DNA of 60,627 bases, counting the filler, from Sphacelaria rigidula (lineage: Eukaryota), in assembly GCA_964200075.2 (NCBI GenBank). It is 7 parts of 7 records of this genome, joined end to end, with 100 filler letters (N's around TTAATTAATTAA, not from the genome) between each part and the next. Parts side by side here need not be neighbours in the genome. Positions count along the whole stretch, not along the records: positions 34,704 to 43,278 come from CAXNAA020010732.1; positions 43,379 to 51,953 come from CAXNAA020010733.1; 5 more parts are not named here. One strand, 5' to 3'. The translations under genes were made by a program, and so were the position numbers. Below, piece by piece: positions 37,587 through 50,110 of this stretch. The notes beneath the pieces are model-generated. The model was not told the origin of the DNA. It ran no database searches and worked only from the letters and a program-made list of their open reading frames with translations. How positions within the stretch are numbered: position 1 is the stretch's first letter; each line of letters starts with the position of its first letter.

Positions 37587-39508
37587 CTGGCCGACGATGG
37601 GTTGACACAGAACAGGCACGTACAGTTTTGAAACCACGGAGATGAATGGGGGTAATTCGAGTGCTATTTTCCATCTGCCGAGCCCTCTGCATTGGGTATT
37701 GGTTCGTGCTTAAGACTAACTTGAGACGCGTTTCGTACGCGGCAGTGCTGTACTTCGTTGCTTCCAGCATTTTCTGCCGCTACCGAAAGCAAAGAGTTCA
37801 GGAAGCGAGCAGTAAACTAGTGGGCGCTAACTGGTTCAACGGGTAAACTGTTCGCTTCCTGAGCACGGGGTACCTCACACATGAGACCAGATAAGCACGC
37901 CAGCGGCAGTATACGCCCGCACACGCGGCTACTTCTATCCAAATATATTGAAACATCGACGTAAAACCCCGGAACACATACGTTGCCGCTCCCCATACAT
38001 ACGGAATGGCCACTTCCGCGCGCAGCAATGATGAAACCAGCTAACTAGCCGTAACTATCCTATTCCGGTAGCGTAAGCACAGTGCTCCCTATTGTCGTTC
38101 TCGATATTCCGACTCGCGTCATATTTCGTACTGCTTGAAGACAGGGTTACCATAAACATATTTTCTCCCAGAGCACCTACCCGAGTAGAATCTTTTGAGT
38201 AGTGCGCGTGCATGCGTGTAGCGTGTTAAGCTATTGGTAAAGTAGCAGCTTTTCACATTAGCTGTGCCTGCCGCGCCGCCACTTTGGTGTGTGGTTTCAC
38301 TTTTAGAAAATGTCGCATATGTTGATGCGTTTGCCGTTTGCTACCAGTTGCTATTATCGTAGGAGAAGTGTTACAGTTCACGATATTATGTTGTTCTCCG
38401 TAGAATTCGGTACTCGCGCACCACTGACAACTCGCCAGTACCGCCAACTCTGTGTAGGGGTATCCGTCGGTGATTCTCTATGGTTGGTTGTAAAGGCCCG
38501 CGAAGTCGCGTTCGGTGCAGCTACAGTCACTGGACCGTGCGGGATGGGCTGGACTTTAGCCACAGCGCAAAGGGTATGGGCGAGGTGTGATGCGTTTAGT
38601 TCGAAGAGGCAGACTTGCGGAATCGCTCCGCCGTTTTGGATCGTTTGAGGGGTGATTACAACTGAGCGAGGGTACGGACACGGAAATCGCTTCTCTAAAA
38701 CGTCTACCCCTTTGACGTTTTGTCATCTGCGAGAACAAGGAAGGTTTGATTGACGTGGTCTTCGGGACCCTAAGATTAGTCTGCGTTGCAAGCTCCCATA
38801 CGAACACGAATTCGAAATCTGCTTGGATGATAAAGGGTATTGACAAAATAGTTTGGTGCCATTTGCGATGTGTTACAAAGTGATGCAGCGTAGAGACGCT
38901 CGCACATGGCCACCTCTTTTACTGTCCGACATTTGTGAGTGCATTTTATCAGCTCTACAGCACGTACGATTCTCACCATTGGAAACAAAGGTGAGTGGAT
39001 AATGACCTAGTAGAATTGTCGCCCATTTGTTTTGGATTTGTAGATCGTATGGTGTGACCTTCAGCCCGACCGGGCCTTTCTCGAACGCCGACCGGGTCAT
39101 GCTCGAAAGCTGTACTCATAGGCTTCTAGCCGATACCTGTACCATCCGCTACTTTGAGATTGGTGATGGTATGATGAGTCAACTTCTGTCGCCCCGATAT
39201 TCATTTTCACGCATTTTGGAGTCGGTAACCCAACAGGTGGCATACGTCTGGAGGGGGAAACTCCCAACGAGATTATTCATTTGATGAAGATGTCGACTCC
39301 AGAGGCACTGCACCACAGGATAGAACCAAACCATACTGCAGGATAGAAGTGGTTCCCGCCACTGTATTATATGGGGTCACGTTACCCGAAGTCGGCGTGG
39401 AGTCTTCCAGCGCTTACCGTAAACACTCCAGATGATGGCACTAAAAAGACACACTGAGTACAAAATCTGTCGCCCAACAGCAAAAATGTTGGTTTCGAGT
39501 ACGTGTAC

Positions 39509-39763
39509 CTGAATAGGACCAATTTTGGTCGGCACGTAGATTCCCCCCCGCGGCAGACACACGAACGGAATCGCCTGGAGACTCGGAGATCGTGACTTCA
39601 TCTCCATGGCAACCGTGATGGACCGATTAATGCCAACAGCGCTTGGTAATGTACCTGTGCCACCGCCACTGTCAGGCGTTCCCCCCAAGTTTGTGATGCT
39701 AGCGTCATAGCTGCCCTGCTTCCCTCCAACCCCCCCCCGCGTGCCGCCTTTGATGGTTGTCAT
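39509..39763 (-). CDS. Exon 1 of the PdeD/PdeE-like phosphodiesterase
   Basis: ATG...ATT CAG|gtacac, 255 nt. Ends LPRGGIYVPTKIGPIQ and joins in frame to IGIPPETIKD. Confidence 0.82.
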
Positions 39764-41008
39764 GCCTTGCTCGCCAAATCGCGCAGTCTAGCTACACTCG
39801 TGTGGCTGTTCTCACTCTTATTACTGAGGAGCTGAGCGTCGCGACCGCAACGTGCCTCGACGGTTTGCTTGTACGTTTACATAGTAGACGGCGATAGGAC
39901 GCACATCCCTCTCGTGCCCTACAACAGCAGCGCTCCAGGACCAGGAACCCAATCTCTTCGTTCCCTTCCGCAACAGAGACAAGGTACTCTGGGCAGCCCG
40001 TTACCTCCGCATTCGCCGCCGACGCTCACTGAGCTTTCTCTGTGCGCCGGTCATCCCTTCCAAATACGGCAGATTACTAGATCGATGGCTACGGTGGCGT
40101 TCACGTTGCAGACGTGGTTGAAAAAACTGACGGTTTCATGTTCTTGTGATTTAGTATGTCGTCCTCCATGAGCTTCTTGGGACAGACGCTATCTTGCCAG
40201 TGCAGAGCAAAGGATACGAGCGATGGTGTTTACGTACTTGACGTGGTTCACCAACTGCGACGGTTTCGTGTTTTTGTGGGGAGATGTATCGGAACCAATA
40301 TCCTTGGAATGCTGCCTCGCCGATTCAGAGCGAAGTATGTGACATGCCGAATCGTTCGGTTCAGAGTATGGACTGTATGTGCTTGCTGGTTTTTACTTCA
40401 GTAGGTACGGCCGATATTGACCCCTTTAGCGCCGGACTTGTCCATTTGTTGGATCGTCATAATTTCCAGCGACTTCGAGGTGAAAACACTGCCGACGTCA
40501 CGAATGGACACCTCCGGCACTACGGGGGTTAAGAGCGGCCCGTAGTACAATGGTTCTTCATGTTCGGTCCTTAAATTGCGCCTGCTCTAGTGTCGTGTTT
40601 TCCAACACGCCATAAGTAGCGAGCGAAGATGGAGCCGGACAACTCGATGAGAAACTCGATAAAGTAGGCAATCATAACCACATTAATACCCGTATGCAGA
40701 TCACTACCACAGCAACGTTTTTGAAGAGTTCAGGCTCAATCCCACAGACTACAGTCCATGCAAAGGCGACGGTTACGTTTACGTTTTTCAAAGGATACAC
40801 GGAAACCGATCCATTGTACGCCCCCTAGTCATTTTCCATCAAGGCATCCGAAACGTGTCTCACGACTTGCTTGCGCAGGAAGAAGATACACTGTGCCAAG
40901 CATACGAATACAACTTACTAGCATCCAACTTCCGTGTCCAAGATTGTGCCAACATCCCCGCGAAAAATTCCGCAGCTTTCTGGCCGTCGCCCCGTGCTCT
41001 ACCTCAAA

Positions 41009-41418
41009 CACGGGATTTTACAAATTGGGGATGTATTGTTTAATGGGGATGAGAACCCGGAGAATTAAAATCTTCGTATCCACACCAAATCTTCGAAATA
41101 CTGTTCCATTTCTTCACTTGTTGGTAGCTATTGACGACTACTACACGCCATACGAATGTTGGATTTTGATAACAAAAGTAGCGGGGAATTGAGGTGATCC
41201 GATCGGACCCCCCAAAAATGTTTTTTGCCCCAGGACCCTAACATTTCGGTTATCGAAATCCGTATTTGTATGGCGTGTAGTAGTTGTCAATACGAGTAGC
41301 TACCAGCAAGTCAAGAAATGGAACCATATTTCGAAGATTTGGTGTGGATACGAAGATTCTAATTCCCCGGTTTATCATCCCTAATGAAAAATCCATCCCC
41401 AATTTGTAAAATCCCGTG
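41009..41418. mobile_element. Foldback MITE, best-preserved copy (410 bp)
   Basis: Perfect 25-bp TIR cacgggattttacaaattggggatg / catccccaatttgtaaaatcccgtg; the arms stay inverted for ~170 bp. Confidence 0.9.
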
Positions 41419-41720
41419 ATCTCAGCTTATAACGTCACAACAACAATGATGTATCATATCAGACCGAAAAGACACTCGTGTTACACTGTACAGTACACGC
41501 ACTATACATCTCGCACTGGAGTGCATTGCGTATCCCTTTGTCCACTTGTTTGATATTCACATCGTGTCAATGGGCCTCCTTGTCACGTGTAAAAGTTAAC
41601 ACAACACGATACAAAGTCTGTTCAGCGGACACGGCAAAAGGCATCTACTTCTACCGCGGGTCTGAAACATTGTCTGAAGCGGAATTAGTACGGATGAAGC
41701 CAATTGCCACAACTGCCCAA

Positions 41721-41750
41721 CTGAACCTGAACCTGAACCTGAACCTGAAC
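41721..41750. repeat. (CTGAAC)5 hexamer repeat
   Basis: Direct reading. Confidence 0.9.
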
Positions 41751-41955
41751 CACTGGAAATTAGAAAAAGGTTCGCGGCACCCTGCGCACCTAGTAGTTCC
41801 ACTATTGCTACGAGTAGCTGTCGATCATATGCAAACTGCGACTCACTGCAGTAGAAGTCAAATGAGATATCTTACGCGGTTTCGTCGAGAGTTATGCTGA
41901 AATGATGCGCCCCCCCTGACGCCACAGAAGCTTACTGTTTTTTTGAAGGGTGATC

Positions 41956-42624
41956 ATGTGGACGATACCACCCCTGACACCCAGCCCGCGGTCTGGCAGG
42001 GAAGATTCCAGGGCGGCAGGAGATCGCAGATGCGGCAGCAACAGCGGAAAGAGAAGCAGCAACAGAAACAGTGGAAATCTTACCAGTAGCCTCGTAAAAC
42101 AGGTGGCAGTTGATCCAGGGGTCGTACACCGACAGCCTCGTATGCCGCAGGCGCCAAATCACAACGCTTTTGCCTCTTTGTCCTCGTCATCGTGGACAAT
42201 ACCACCCCCCCGACCAACCCGATCAACTGGCAGCAGCAGCAGCAGCAGCAACAACTCCATAGAAGCAGCAGCAGCAGCAGCAAGAGGGGGATTTTTTAGC
42301 CCAGGCATCGTACGGGAAGAGCAGCGGCCAACCACCATTCGAAAACGTGGTGAAAATGGCCTACCATACCGGGTAGCTCGTCGTACATCAGCAGCCAGCA
42401 ACGGGGGCAAAACGGAGGTGGCAAGGAGTGCTGCTTCTACTGCTGCTTCCACCAGAAGGCCATTCGTAGGGCGTAGTGGTGGTGATGGCGGCGGCGGCGG
42501 CGGCGGTGTCGGTGATGGCGGTGGCGGCGGTCTCGCTGATCAAGTGTATGACCTGTCTGCGATGTTGGGACGGCTGCGCACGAGGTCGGACAGAGTACAG
42601 GAACTGCTGAGAGCTGCAGCGCAG
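41956..42624 (+). CDS. Probable coding exon of an unknown low-complexity protein, divergent from the PDE gene
   Basis: Acceptor tttttgaag| just upstream, 223 open codons with S/A/G runs and an amphipathic end LADQVYDLSAMLGRLR...LLRAAAQ, donor CAG|gtttgg. Confidence 0.6.
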
Positions 42625-42778
42625 GTTTGGCTTGGTACCAGTGTTGAAGATCGATATCGAAGATGAAATCAGATCGCGAATCAAACCCGCGATTCAATCG
42701 AAATCGCCGGCTGAAAAGCCGATGTTTGTCGATTCGAATCAATAAAGAGCCTCGGGAATATCCTTTCGCAATTTAGTC

Positions 42779-42927
42779 GCCGGTCGCCCCGGTGCTCAGT
42801 TGTTAGCCTCGACATATTTGACGGTTCGGTTGTGGGTTCCAATCTCGGACCGATCTGGGATTTTTCTTCACACCATGCCCAACAGTGGAGGCCGACTACG
42901 TCGTGGGTACATAAAATTTGACTCAAC
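42779..42927 (+). mobile_element. tRNA-derived SINE-like element, second copy
   Basis: gctcagttg...tttgacggttcgg...gggttccaatctcgg; colinear with 14015-14175. Confidence 0.65.
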
Positions 42928-42986
42928 TCTTACACCGCGGTGCGGGTACGAGCTGGGCCAGCCGAGACGCGATTCTGCTGTTTGCA

Positions 42987-43258
42987 GGCCCATTATACGG
43001 CCAATACTTGGAGCTGGACCCTGAATTTGGTATGGACAATGAGTAGGGCATCATGAAAAAAATTACTGGCGTACACGAGTTTTTTTTTTATGAGTTAGGG
43101 GCGTTTTACCGATATCTGAAAACTGATCATTGCCCTTAGCTCATGAAAAAAAACAAAAAAAAACCCTTGTGTACGCCAGTAATTTTTTTATTGTGCCCTG
43201 CTCATTGTCCATACCAAATGTCAGGGCCCAACTCCAAGTATTGGCCGTATAATCGGCC
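42987..43258. mobile_element. Foldback MITE with GGCC termini
   Basis: ~120-bp inverted arms: ggcccattatacggccaatacttggag... / ...ctccaagtattggccgtataatcggcc. Confidence 0.85.
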
Positions 43259-43278
43259 GTTTAGTGACAGGGACAGAA

Positions 43279-43378
43279 NNNNNNNNNNNNNNNNNNNNNN
43301 NNNNNNNNNNNNNNNNNNNNNNTTAATTAATTAANNNNNNNNNNNNNNNNNNNNNNNNNNNNNNNNNNNNNNNNNNNN
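43279..43378. other. Artificial scaffold linker
   Basis: 44N-TTAATTAATTAA-44N. Confidence 0.98.
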
Positions 43379-45895
43379 CTCATCTCGATTTACGTGGAGA
43401 TTTTGCCTCCCAAAACCATGCACTTTTGGGGGGGGCTATCGTAGAAAGTGTCAGTTCTTGTCTTGATATACCTGGTATGCTTGTAGTTATGGCTGTCCCT
43501 CGAGAGGCCGCAACGTGGAATGTTACATTTCTTAGTTCTTCAGTTCTTTGGGTGGCGGTATTTGGGGCCCTGAGTCTCGCCCGTAGTCGGACCCTGTGTT
43601 CATTTCTACTTTGTCGGGCGTCGAGTTGGAAAACCGAGTGCCACCCCCTGAGGTCCGACTGGCCACCTGCGGCACCGGATCTTTTGAGGTTACCCATATG
43701 CATTCTCTTCCTTCTTTATTATTAATTTCTGTTTTGCTTGTATCGCGTTTCGAGAGCTTTAATTTGGATCTAGTTTGTTTTCTCGTGTTTTCGCTAGCCT
43801 GTGACCACGGAAGGTGTCCGTATCAGATGCCCAGTACGAATGTACCGCGCAGATGTCGGAACGGTTTTTACCATCAAGACAACAAGACAACAACAATTGG
43901 CCTTCGTCCTACCTGACCCGGCTGGTGCGCCTACAAATACCGAATCATGTAGACCGTCGTCCAGAATAGATGGGATGACAACACATGCGACAGGCTAATC
44001 TTTTGCTGGTATACAGCTCAACCGCGCATCTTCTTCATATACAGGATTCCCTCCCCACGAAAGATACCGTGATTTACATAATGTTCAACTTTCGTCATGA
44101 TGTGCACACAACCCCAACTGAGTAATCCACCCGTTTTCCTGTTTGGGCCGGCCTGATCACGTTTTGTGGCACATCCGAACCCATAGAAAATTGTGGATAT
44201 TGAAGTTGTACTGTGCTTGTGTTGGGCTCCGCTCGTTGGTGTCAATGAAGACACAAGGTTCGACTGTTTTGTTGTTTGAGCACTGAACGATGTTCACTTT
44301 CTGCAGGTGGATCGAACCGCACTTGTAGGATGAGGTGATAGATCCGCTTGAGTGTGGCTCGCAGTTCTTTCGAACAAGTGAAACCACTTCCGAGTATCGC
44401 CATGAGATGTGTCTCCACCTCATCCATTTTGGACGTTTGTCGGCACCTCTCGGTAATGTATACGCCCATCACTCGGGATCACAACAAACGACCTGTTTAG
44501 TTTCAGTTCTAGCTCTCCCCCTTCGATTAGGGGCGATTTCGTCAACGCTCTTCGCGAGAGGAGTCCCTTTCCTGCATGTCTTTAGCTCGTCCACCGTCGG
44601 GTCGAATTCGAGTACTCACGACATCCTCCACTATTTTTGAGAGGGACATGAGAAAAAATTTCGCATCATGTGGCTCCACCGATATTATAACTCACGGCTC
44701 AACCGTCATGTAAGGATCCGAGGTAATCCAACGAGCTCCTTATTCAGCATGAGCACAAAATGGCACGAGGAGTGGCCAGACGGGCCCCGAGCAAAGACTG
44801 TCCATGACCCTGACTTCGTTGGGCACCATCAAGCCTATGGATATTGCGGGATCATCAGTTTAGGAAATGATGCAAATAGGATTACGCTGTTCAGCTGTGG
44901 GGGTCGTGTTGTCCAAGATAGTCTGAAATCATGTATTGAGAATAAAACAGGTTGAAGAAGCAGGCACTCTGAGCGCGCTACGAGGCATACGGTGCTGGTC
45001 AACTGCTCCTGCCAACATCAGACACCGTTTTGCTTTCAGGCGCAATAAAGGGACCAGCCTGTGAGATCAAAGTCATACATCGGCTGATGAACATGGGACC
45101 ACGCCCGAGCATACTTGATAATTTGCTTCAGAAGGCCCGTGAAAATGCTTGGACGACTACAGAGGCCGGACTAGTATGTTACACCTGCAGTGTTCATCTT
45201 CTCGTTTCAGCCTGTCAAGTGGCCATCATCCATCAACGGATAAAAGTAGCTCATCGTTGCCCAGGACCATGTTCCTACGACACGATGACTGTACATACTT
45301 GATGGTGTCAGGTATGAAACTGTACATGTGTGGTTGCCATCGCCGAAGAGCTGATGAGTTCGAAGTTATGTCGATTTTTTCTTTATTTTCGATTTTTTTC
45401 TTCTCCGTTGCCTCGCTGGTGGTGTCGTATCTGTCCCCCCCCCCCCCCCCCCCCCCCCCCCACCCAAACACACCCCCTCTCCCCACCACTCTTTTCATCT
45501 TCTTCCTCCTCTNNNNNNNNNNTCGAAGTTTTTTTTTTTTTTTTTTTTTTTTCGTTTTTTTTCTTCTCCCTTGCCCCGCTGGGGGGGTCGTTTCTCTCCC
45601 CCCCCCCCCCCCCGCCAGAAATTACAGAACAACCAGCTATTTCCCGTCACATCTTTTCACGCTTCCTGTCCTGTTGCAGTATTGTCCAAACACCAAGAGG
45701 ACGAATAGCACGAAACATATGTAGAAGACACCCGCACAGGCAGAAAACTGCAAGCGCGCGAAGGAACGATCCACAGCCCCCAACACTTGTGCCGACTTCC
45801 CAAAAATAGGACTTCGACGGCGTGTTGCATGGTCATCCTCCAGCATTTTGCTGTTTCGCAGGTGTGGGACGTCCTCTCCGGGGGACCAGCGCCTT

Positions 45896-45994
45896 CTAGT
45901 AGAAGAAGCCCAGGATCTTGCCACCGGTGTGCTTGCGGCGTGCCTCTTCGTGGTCCATGATACCGAATGTGGTGGTCAAAACAATGTGTCCGAA
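45896..45994 (-). CDS. RPS15A: 40S ribosomal protein S15a (uS8), coding exon 4
   Basis: ccgcag|TTC. Encodes [32 protein letters not shown]. Confidence 0.97.
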   Translation of the reverse strand, partial: FGHIVLTTTFGIMDHEEARRKHTGGKILGFFY

Positions 45995-46603
45995 CTGCGG
46001 GGAGAAGAGAGGAAAGGGTAAAGGAGGGAAGACCGGAGTACCGGAGGTTTGACGAATACCGTCGATCACTGCAGTGATCATAACATCGAAAGAGAGAGAG
46101 CGAATGTACTCGAGGAGAGGGGAAAGCCCCGTGAGGTCGAAAAAGGGAAATAACCAATTTTACACGGGTTTCGAAAGGATGGGCCGAGTTTGCCGTTTCA
46201 ATGTCCTGTTCGGTGTTTGTAGGATCCCGTCGCTTTACAGGGTCCCTTACCGTTCGAGAACCCAAGAAGCCGGTTGACCCCGATGCCTTCTCCAGGAACA
46301 CGTGTTTATGCGTTCACGTCTTCCCTTCTGAGAACAGCGGCATGAATTAAATACCTACCCGGGAATTCCCTGCATACTTCACTCACCCTGTACTGGAATA
46401 TGCCTGCCCCTTTCCAGTCGAATGACCAGCCGATCAAGGACTCGAGACTCTCCTTTTTAGGGCAAAGGGCCCTTTTATATACAGTAAATTTTCGTTGTTT
46501 CACCATAAGCTCAAAAACTAGATACTTGGTTTACGAAAAAGTGAGGTCAGAGCAACTGTGAGCAAGCAGAAAGGGAAACGAGGAGAAATTGCCGAAATGT
46601 CAA

Positions 46604-46704
46604 CCGGGACATCAGTTCTTTTTCGTGAGGGTGCGTTCATGGGGTCATTTTGACCTTCAAACAAGAGGTGTCAGATCTCTGTTGAGCATCGTCATTTGTC
46701 CCGG
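46604..46704 (-). ncRNA. snoR1: Intronic box C/D snoRNA, snoR1/snR48-like (copy A, intron 3)
   Basis: 8-bp terminal stem ccgggaca/tgtcccgg, C box ATGACGA and D box CTGA in K-turn register. Guide TCTGACACCTCTTGT before D' TTGA is complementary to LSU rRNA CAAGAGGUGUCAGA. Confidence 0.85.
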
Positions 46705-47841
46705 CGTATCTACTCTCCACACTACCGTGGTGCAATGTCAGTCGTCGGCCTCATCAGTGTCGATCAAATGGGGAAAAAATGATACTATCGGCGTGAACTC
46801 CGGAGAGGCACTGCCATTGGGAAAATTTCACGAAAAACCAGACGGGCTTGTCCTCGAGGGAATTCTTCAGTCCCTTCCAAAAGTAATTTCCGTCTCACGT
46901 AAGAGAAATGCTACAGAAGCCCTGGCGCAGAACCAGCCCCAATCCGGTCGAGAAGAAAGGCCGTACAGCGCATGATGGTTTCATTTCGAATGAGGTGCCC
47001 CTTGTGGGCGACATCGGTGAAGACGATCCCAAGCATGGAAATTCCCAGCTGCCAAGTGTGCTCGGCTTTCGTTATTTCGATTCATGGGTTGATTTTGCCA
47101 CCTGAATCAGCCACATCCCTGGAGGGCCATCACCGCATCAGATGGAAATCCCTGAAGTGTGTGTTCACATGCGGAATGTTGCAACACGTTTCTGGTTTCC
47201 GAGATCCAATGTTTTCAGGAGTACGGGGAAAAACCCTTCGGTTACTCAAGTTTTCTCAGGGATGTGCTCAAGGCCGATCACAACAGCGAAGAAAAAAATC
47301 GCCGTCGCCGCGCCATAGTAACCCCTACTTATCGATGAATCCGCTACAAGTTTACTCAAGACATATTACATGTAATATTCGAATGCGGCGAAGGTGGGGA
47401 GTTCGAACGTCACTCTGTGCTGTTCCTCGGATTTTAGCACTTTTCCAGCAGCACGTGCACGATTCATTAGTCATCGAGATCATGGGAGTACCAAGAGCAA
47501 AGTTACAGAGGCAAGTGTAGTACAGGGTGTGTGAGTGCTATCGCCATGAAACAGTCGGAATCGAGAAGGGGAGGGGGGGCACTGGCTATATGACGGAAAG
47601 AGAAGCAAGCGCTCTTTGCCGCGTTGTGATTTTTCACGTCTTATAGCGAAGGCTCAGACGTTCTGTGACGACCCCTTTATTGGAGATTTATCCGACAGAG
47701 GGCATCGAATATTTTTTTTCAAGACAGTGATGGCCTTCTCGAGACACACGAAGGATCAAAGCGTATAAGAGCATGAATCCAAGGCGACCTCTGCAGCAGC
47801 TGATGAGCAAACGAGCGATAGGCACACGTCCCTCTACTCAC

Positions 47842-47943
47842 CCCACGCGCGGGCAGCAAGTTGTTCACCCATTTCTCCACATCCTGAAGAGGCATGTCGA
47901 ACCGCGGCGAGATAACTCCACACTTGTTGATGCGTCCGGTCAG
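47842..47943 (-). CDS. RPS15A: 40S ribosomal protein S15a, coding exon 3
   Basis: aatag|CTG...GGG|gtgagt. Encodes [34 protein letters not shown]. Not in the ORF track. Confidence 0.97.
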
Positions 47944-48369
47944 CTATTATCGTGTTGACGAAAACATCGGGAGGACAAAATGGTGTGGGGGAAGCAACGA
48001 GTAGGCTTGGCATGGCGAATAAAAGCTAAGGGCGAGGCGGGTGAGATGCGCATACGAGGCAAATTCAAGATCCGGGGAATACCAACCTGAAATAATTTTT
48101 CGAAAAGGACTCGCAATGTATCCGCGGTCGAGCATGAGCTTCTAGTTGCCATGTCTCTTGTCTGAAACCCAGTAAGCTTGGAGAAGAGAAGAGGGGGGAA
48201 TACGACACGACTAATTACAGAGCTTTGAACCCTTGCCTGTTTCACAATTTTCGTATCCCAACCTTTTTCGTGTTTCTTCCCCTCACACTTCGAACCCCTC
48301 CCCTTTCTCGGGATGAGTCCGTGGTCTCGAGGGATCAGCCCATCTTCCTCGCGGTACGTGCCTTTCATT

Positions 48370-48585
48370 TTGTTCTCGCGGACTGGGTCAGCAATCCCGC
48401 ACCGCGTCAACTCGCGTCACACAAACCCGGTCGACGAGTTTGTTTACTCGGTGCGGGATACTCACGCTTTCAACGGTTGAAATCATATAACTACGAAAGA
48501 AAAACCCAATGCATGCACCGGGAATCGAACCCCGTTCATTCAACCCTAATGAAAACAGGCGGATCATTACACCACCGGCGTGTAG
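48370..48585 (-). mobile_element. tRNA-like-headed SINE/pseudo-tRNA in RPS15A intron 2
   Basis: Minus strand has an A box GGTGGTGTAATG and a T-arm/B box GGGGTTCGATTCCCGGTGCATGCA (head ~48510-48583). The anticodon arm is not canonical and the 3' extent is approximate. Confidence 0.5.
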
Positions 48586-49456
48586 GTTGTGGGAACATGG
48601 AAGCAATTACCTCGTATTCGGCAACAGTTGGTGACTGCGCACCGCGGGAGAACAGAAAAAGTGCGCATGTACAAGACCACAACGTTGAATGTCCCCTGCT
48701 ATTCTTGGCTGGTTTTCAACCCACGCTCGAGCCAAATTCTCTCCGCAAACACTGAGGAGACAGCATGAGAAACAGCATGCATGATCGAATACGTGATGCA
48801 CAAGCTCAACACCTCCCGACACGTCCGTTACCACGATCGTGTGCGTCCCGACACGATCTCCGAACACGTTGAATGACATGAAAGTGCGTTCGTTCAGTTT
48901 TTGACGTTGTAGTCAACGTGCCCTGGACGATATATTGCCTCGTGAAAAAATGTACTGCGCACAGTATGGAATCTATCGTCTAATGAACCAAACGCCATAG
49001 TCGATACTGTACGCAGCACACTCGTTGACCGTGTCAATTTTCGTTGTACAGGGTGTGCTAGATTCATGGATGGTTGGTCAGTTTCCTAATACTGAATGAA
49101 ACCCAGGAGCATGTTTGATTGTGGCCACGCTCAGTTCAACATACATGGTAGCGGCGTGTACGTACCATCAAATTGGATTATATTCGGAAGCGGATGGTCA
49201 CAATCACACTGTTTCCCAAAAGCAGCAAACACTGGAGTACGTCCTTGCACGTTTGAGAAATCCTGGGGTTGATTGAACCTTCCCTCGTGCGATGAACTGC
49301 ACCCCTGCAGTGTGTATGTTTACATGGCACTCGCTGTCTTTGAGGCGTCCTCGGAAAAGGTTTGACAAAGAAAATGTGTCGCACGGAAACTCGCCATACC
49401 GTTAGCATTGGTCGTGATCTAGTCCTGCCGGGGTGTCGCACCATCATTTATCTCAC

Positions 49457-49515
49457 CTCAACAACGATTTTGCCCGCGCGGTGATCGTCGACAATCTCGA
49501 ATTCTCCGATGTAAC
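49457..49515 (-). CDS. RPS15A: 40S ribosomal protein S15a, coding exon 2
   Basis: gtag|GT TAC...GAG|gtgaga. Encodes (G)YIGEFEIVDDHRAGKIVVE. Confidence 0.97.
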
Positions 49516-50012
49516 CTACCGCGCGAAAAAAACGAGACAAATAGTTTACGAGGGTTGTCGTAGGCAAGACAATTTGAAAACCACCACAACGCAAGACGTG
49601 TGTATTAGAGGCCTCGAGTTTCATGGGGGCAGAGACGCTGTTCGACCATACACCCAACAGCCCGAACATCAACCGCACAACCTTGTGCATGGGAACGAAA
49701 CAGCAAACACTGATCATGAGTGTGTTTCCGTATCCAGCGCTACCCACGTCACCGAGTGCAAAAAACTTCCGCGCCGAGACGGTTACAACATTAAAATCAC
49801 CATCCGGACTTTCATGTGAAGATGTGGGATGATCGAGGTGTCTCATCCCTCTTGGACATCATCACCAGTGTTCTCCCTGTTTCACTACATCTGATACGTA
49901 CAGCATATAATCGACTCTAGAAAAAAGGCGGGAGGAGCGGATACTGCTACAACAGCCACTTCAATATCGACCAACACAACTCGTATCATCGGCCGCAACA
50001 GCAGTCTCTCCT

Positions 50013-50110
50013 GGGACATCGGTTCCTTAGTCGTAAGGGTGCGTTCATTGGGTCGTTTTGACCTTCAAACAAGAGGTGTCAGATCTCTGTTGAGCATCGT
50101 CACTTGTCCC
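50013..50110 (-). ncRNA. snoR1: Intronic box C/D snoRNA, snoR1/snR48-like (copy B, intron 1)
   Basis: Stem gggaca/tgtccc, C box GTGACGA, variant D box CCGA, and guides identical to copy A. Confidence 0.8.

Noticed and set aside
43379-45400. Several 60-100-aa ORFs downstream of RPS15A
   Set aside because: No recognisable domain or consistent splice pattern.
46735-46760. CTGATGAGGCC on the minus strand, resembling a hammerhead ribozyme core
   Set aside because: No closing stem II or GAAA follows.
48510-48583. Functional tRNA gene
   Set aside because: It has a T-arm and A box, but the anticodon and acceptor stems are not canonical, so it is treated as a SINE head or pseudo-tRNA.
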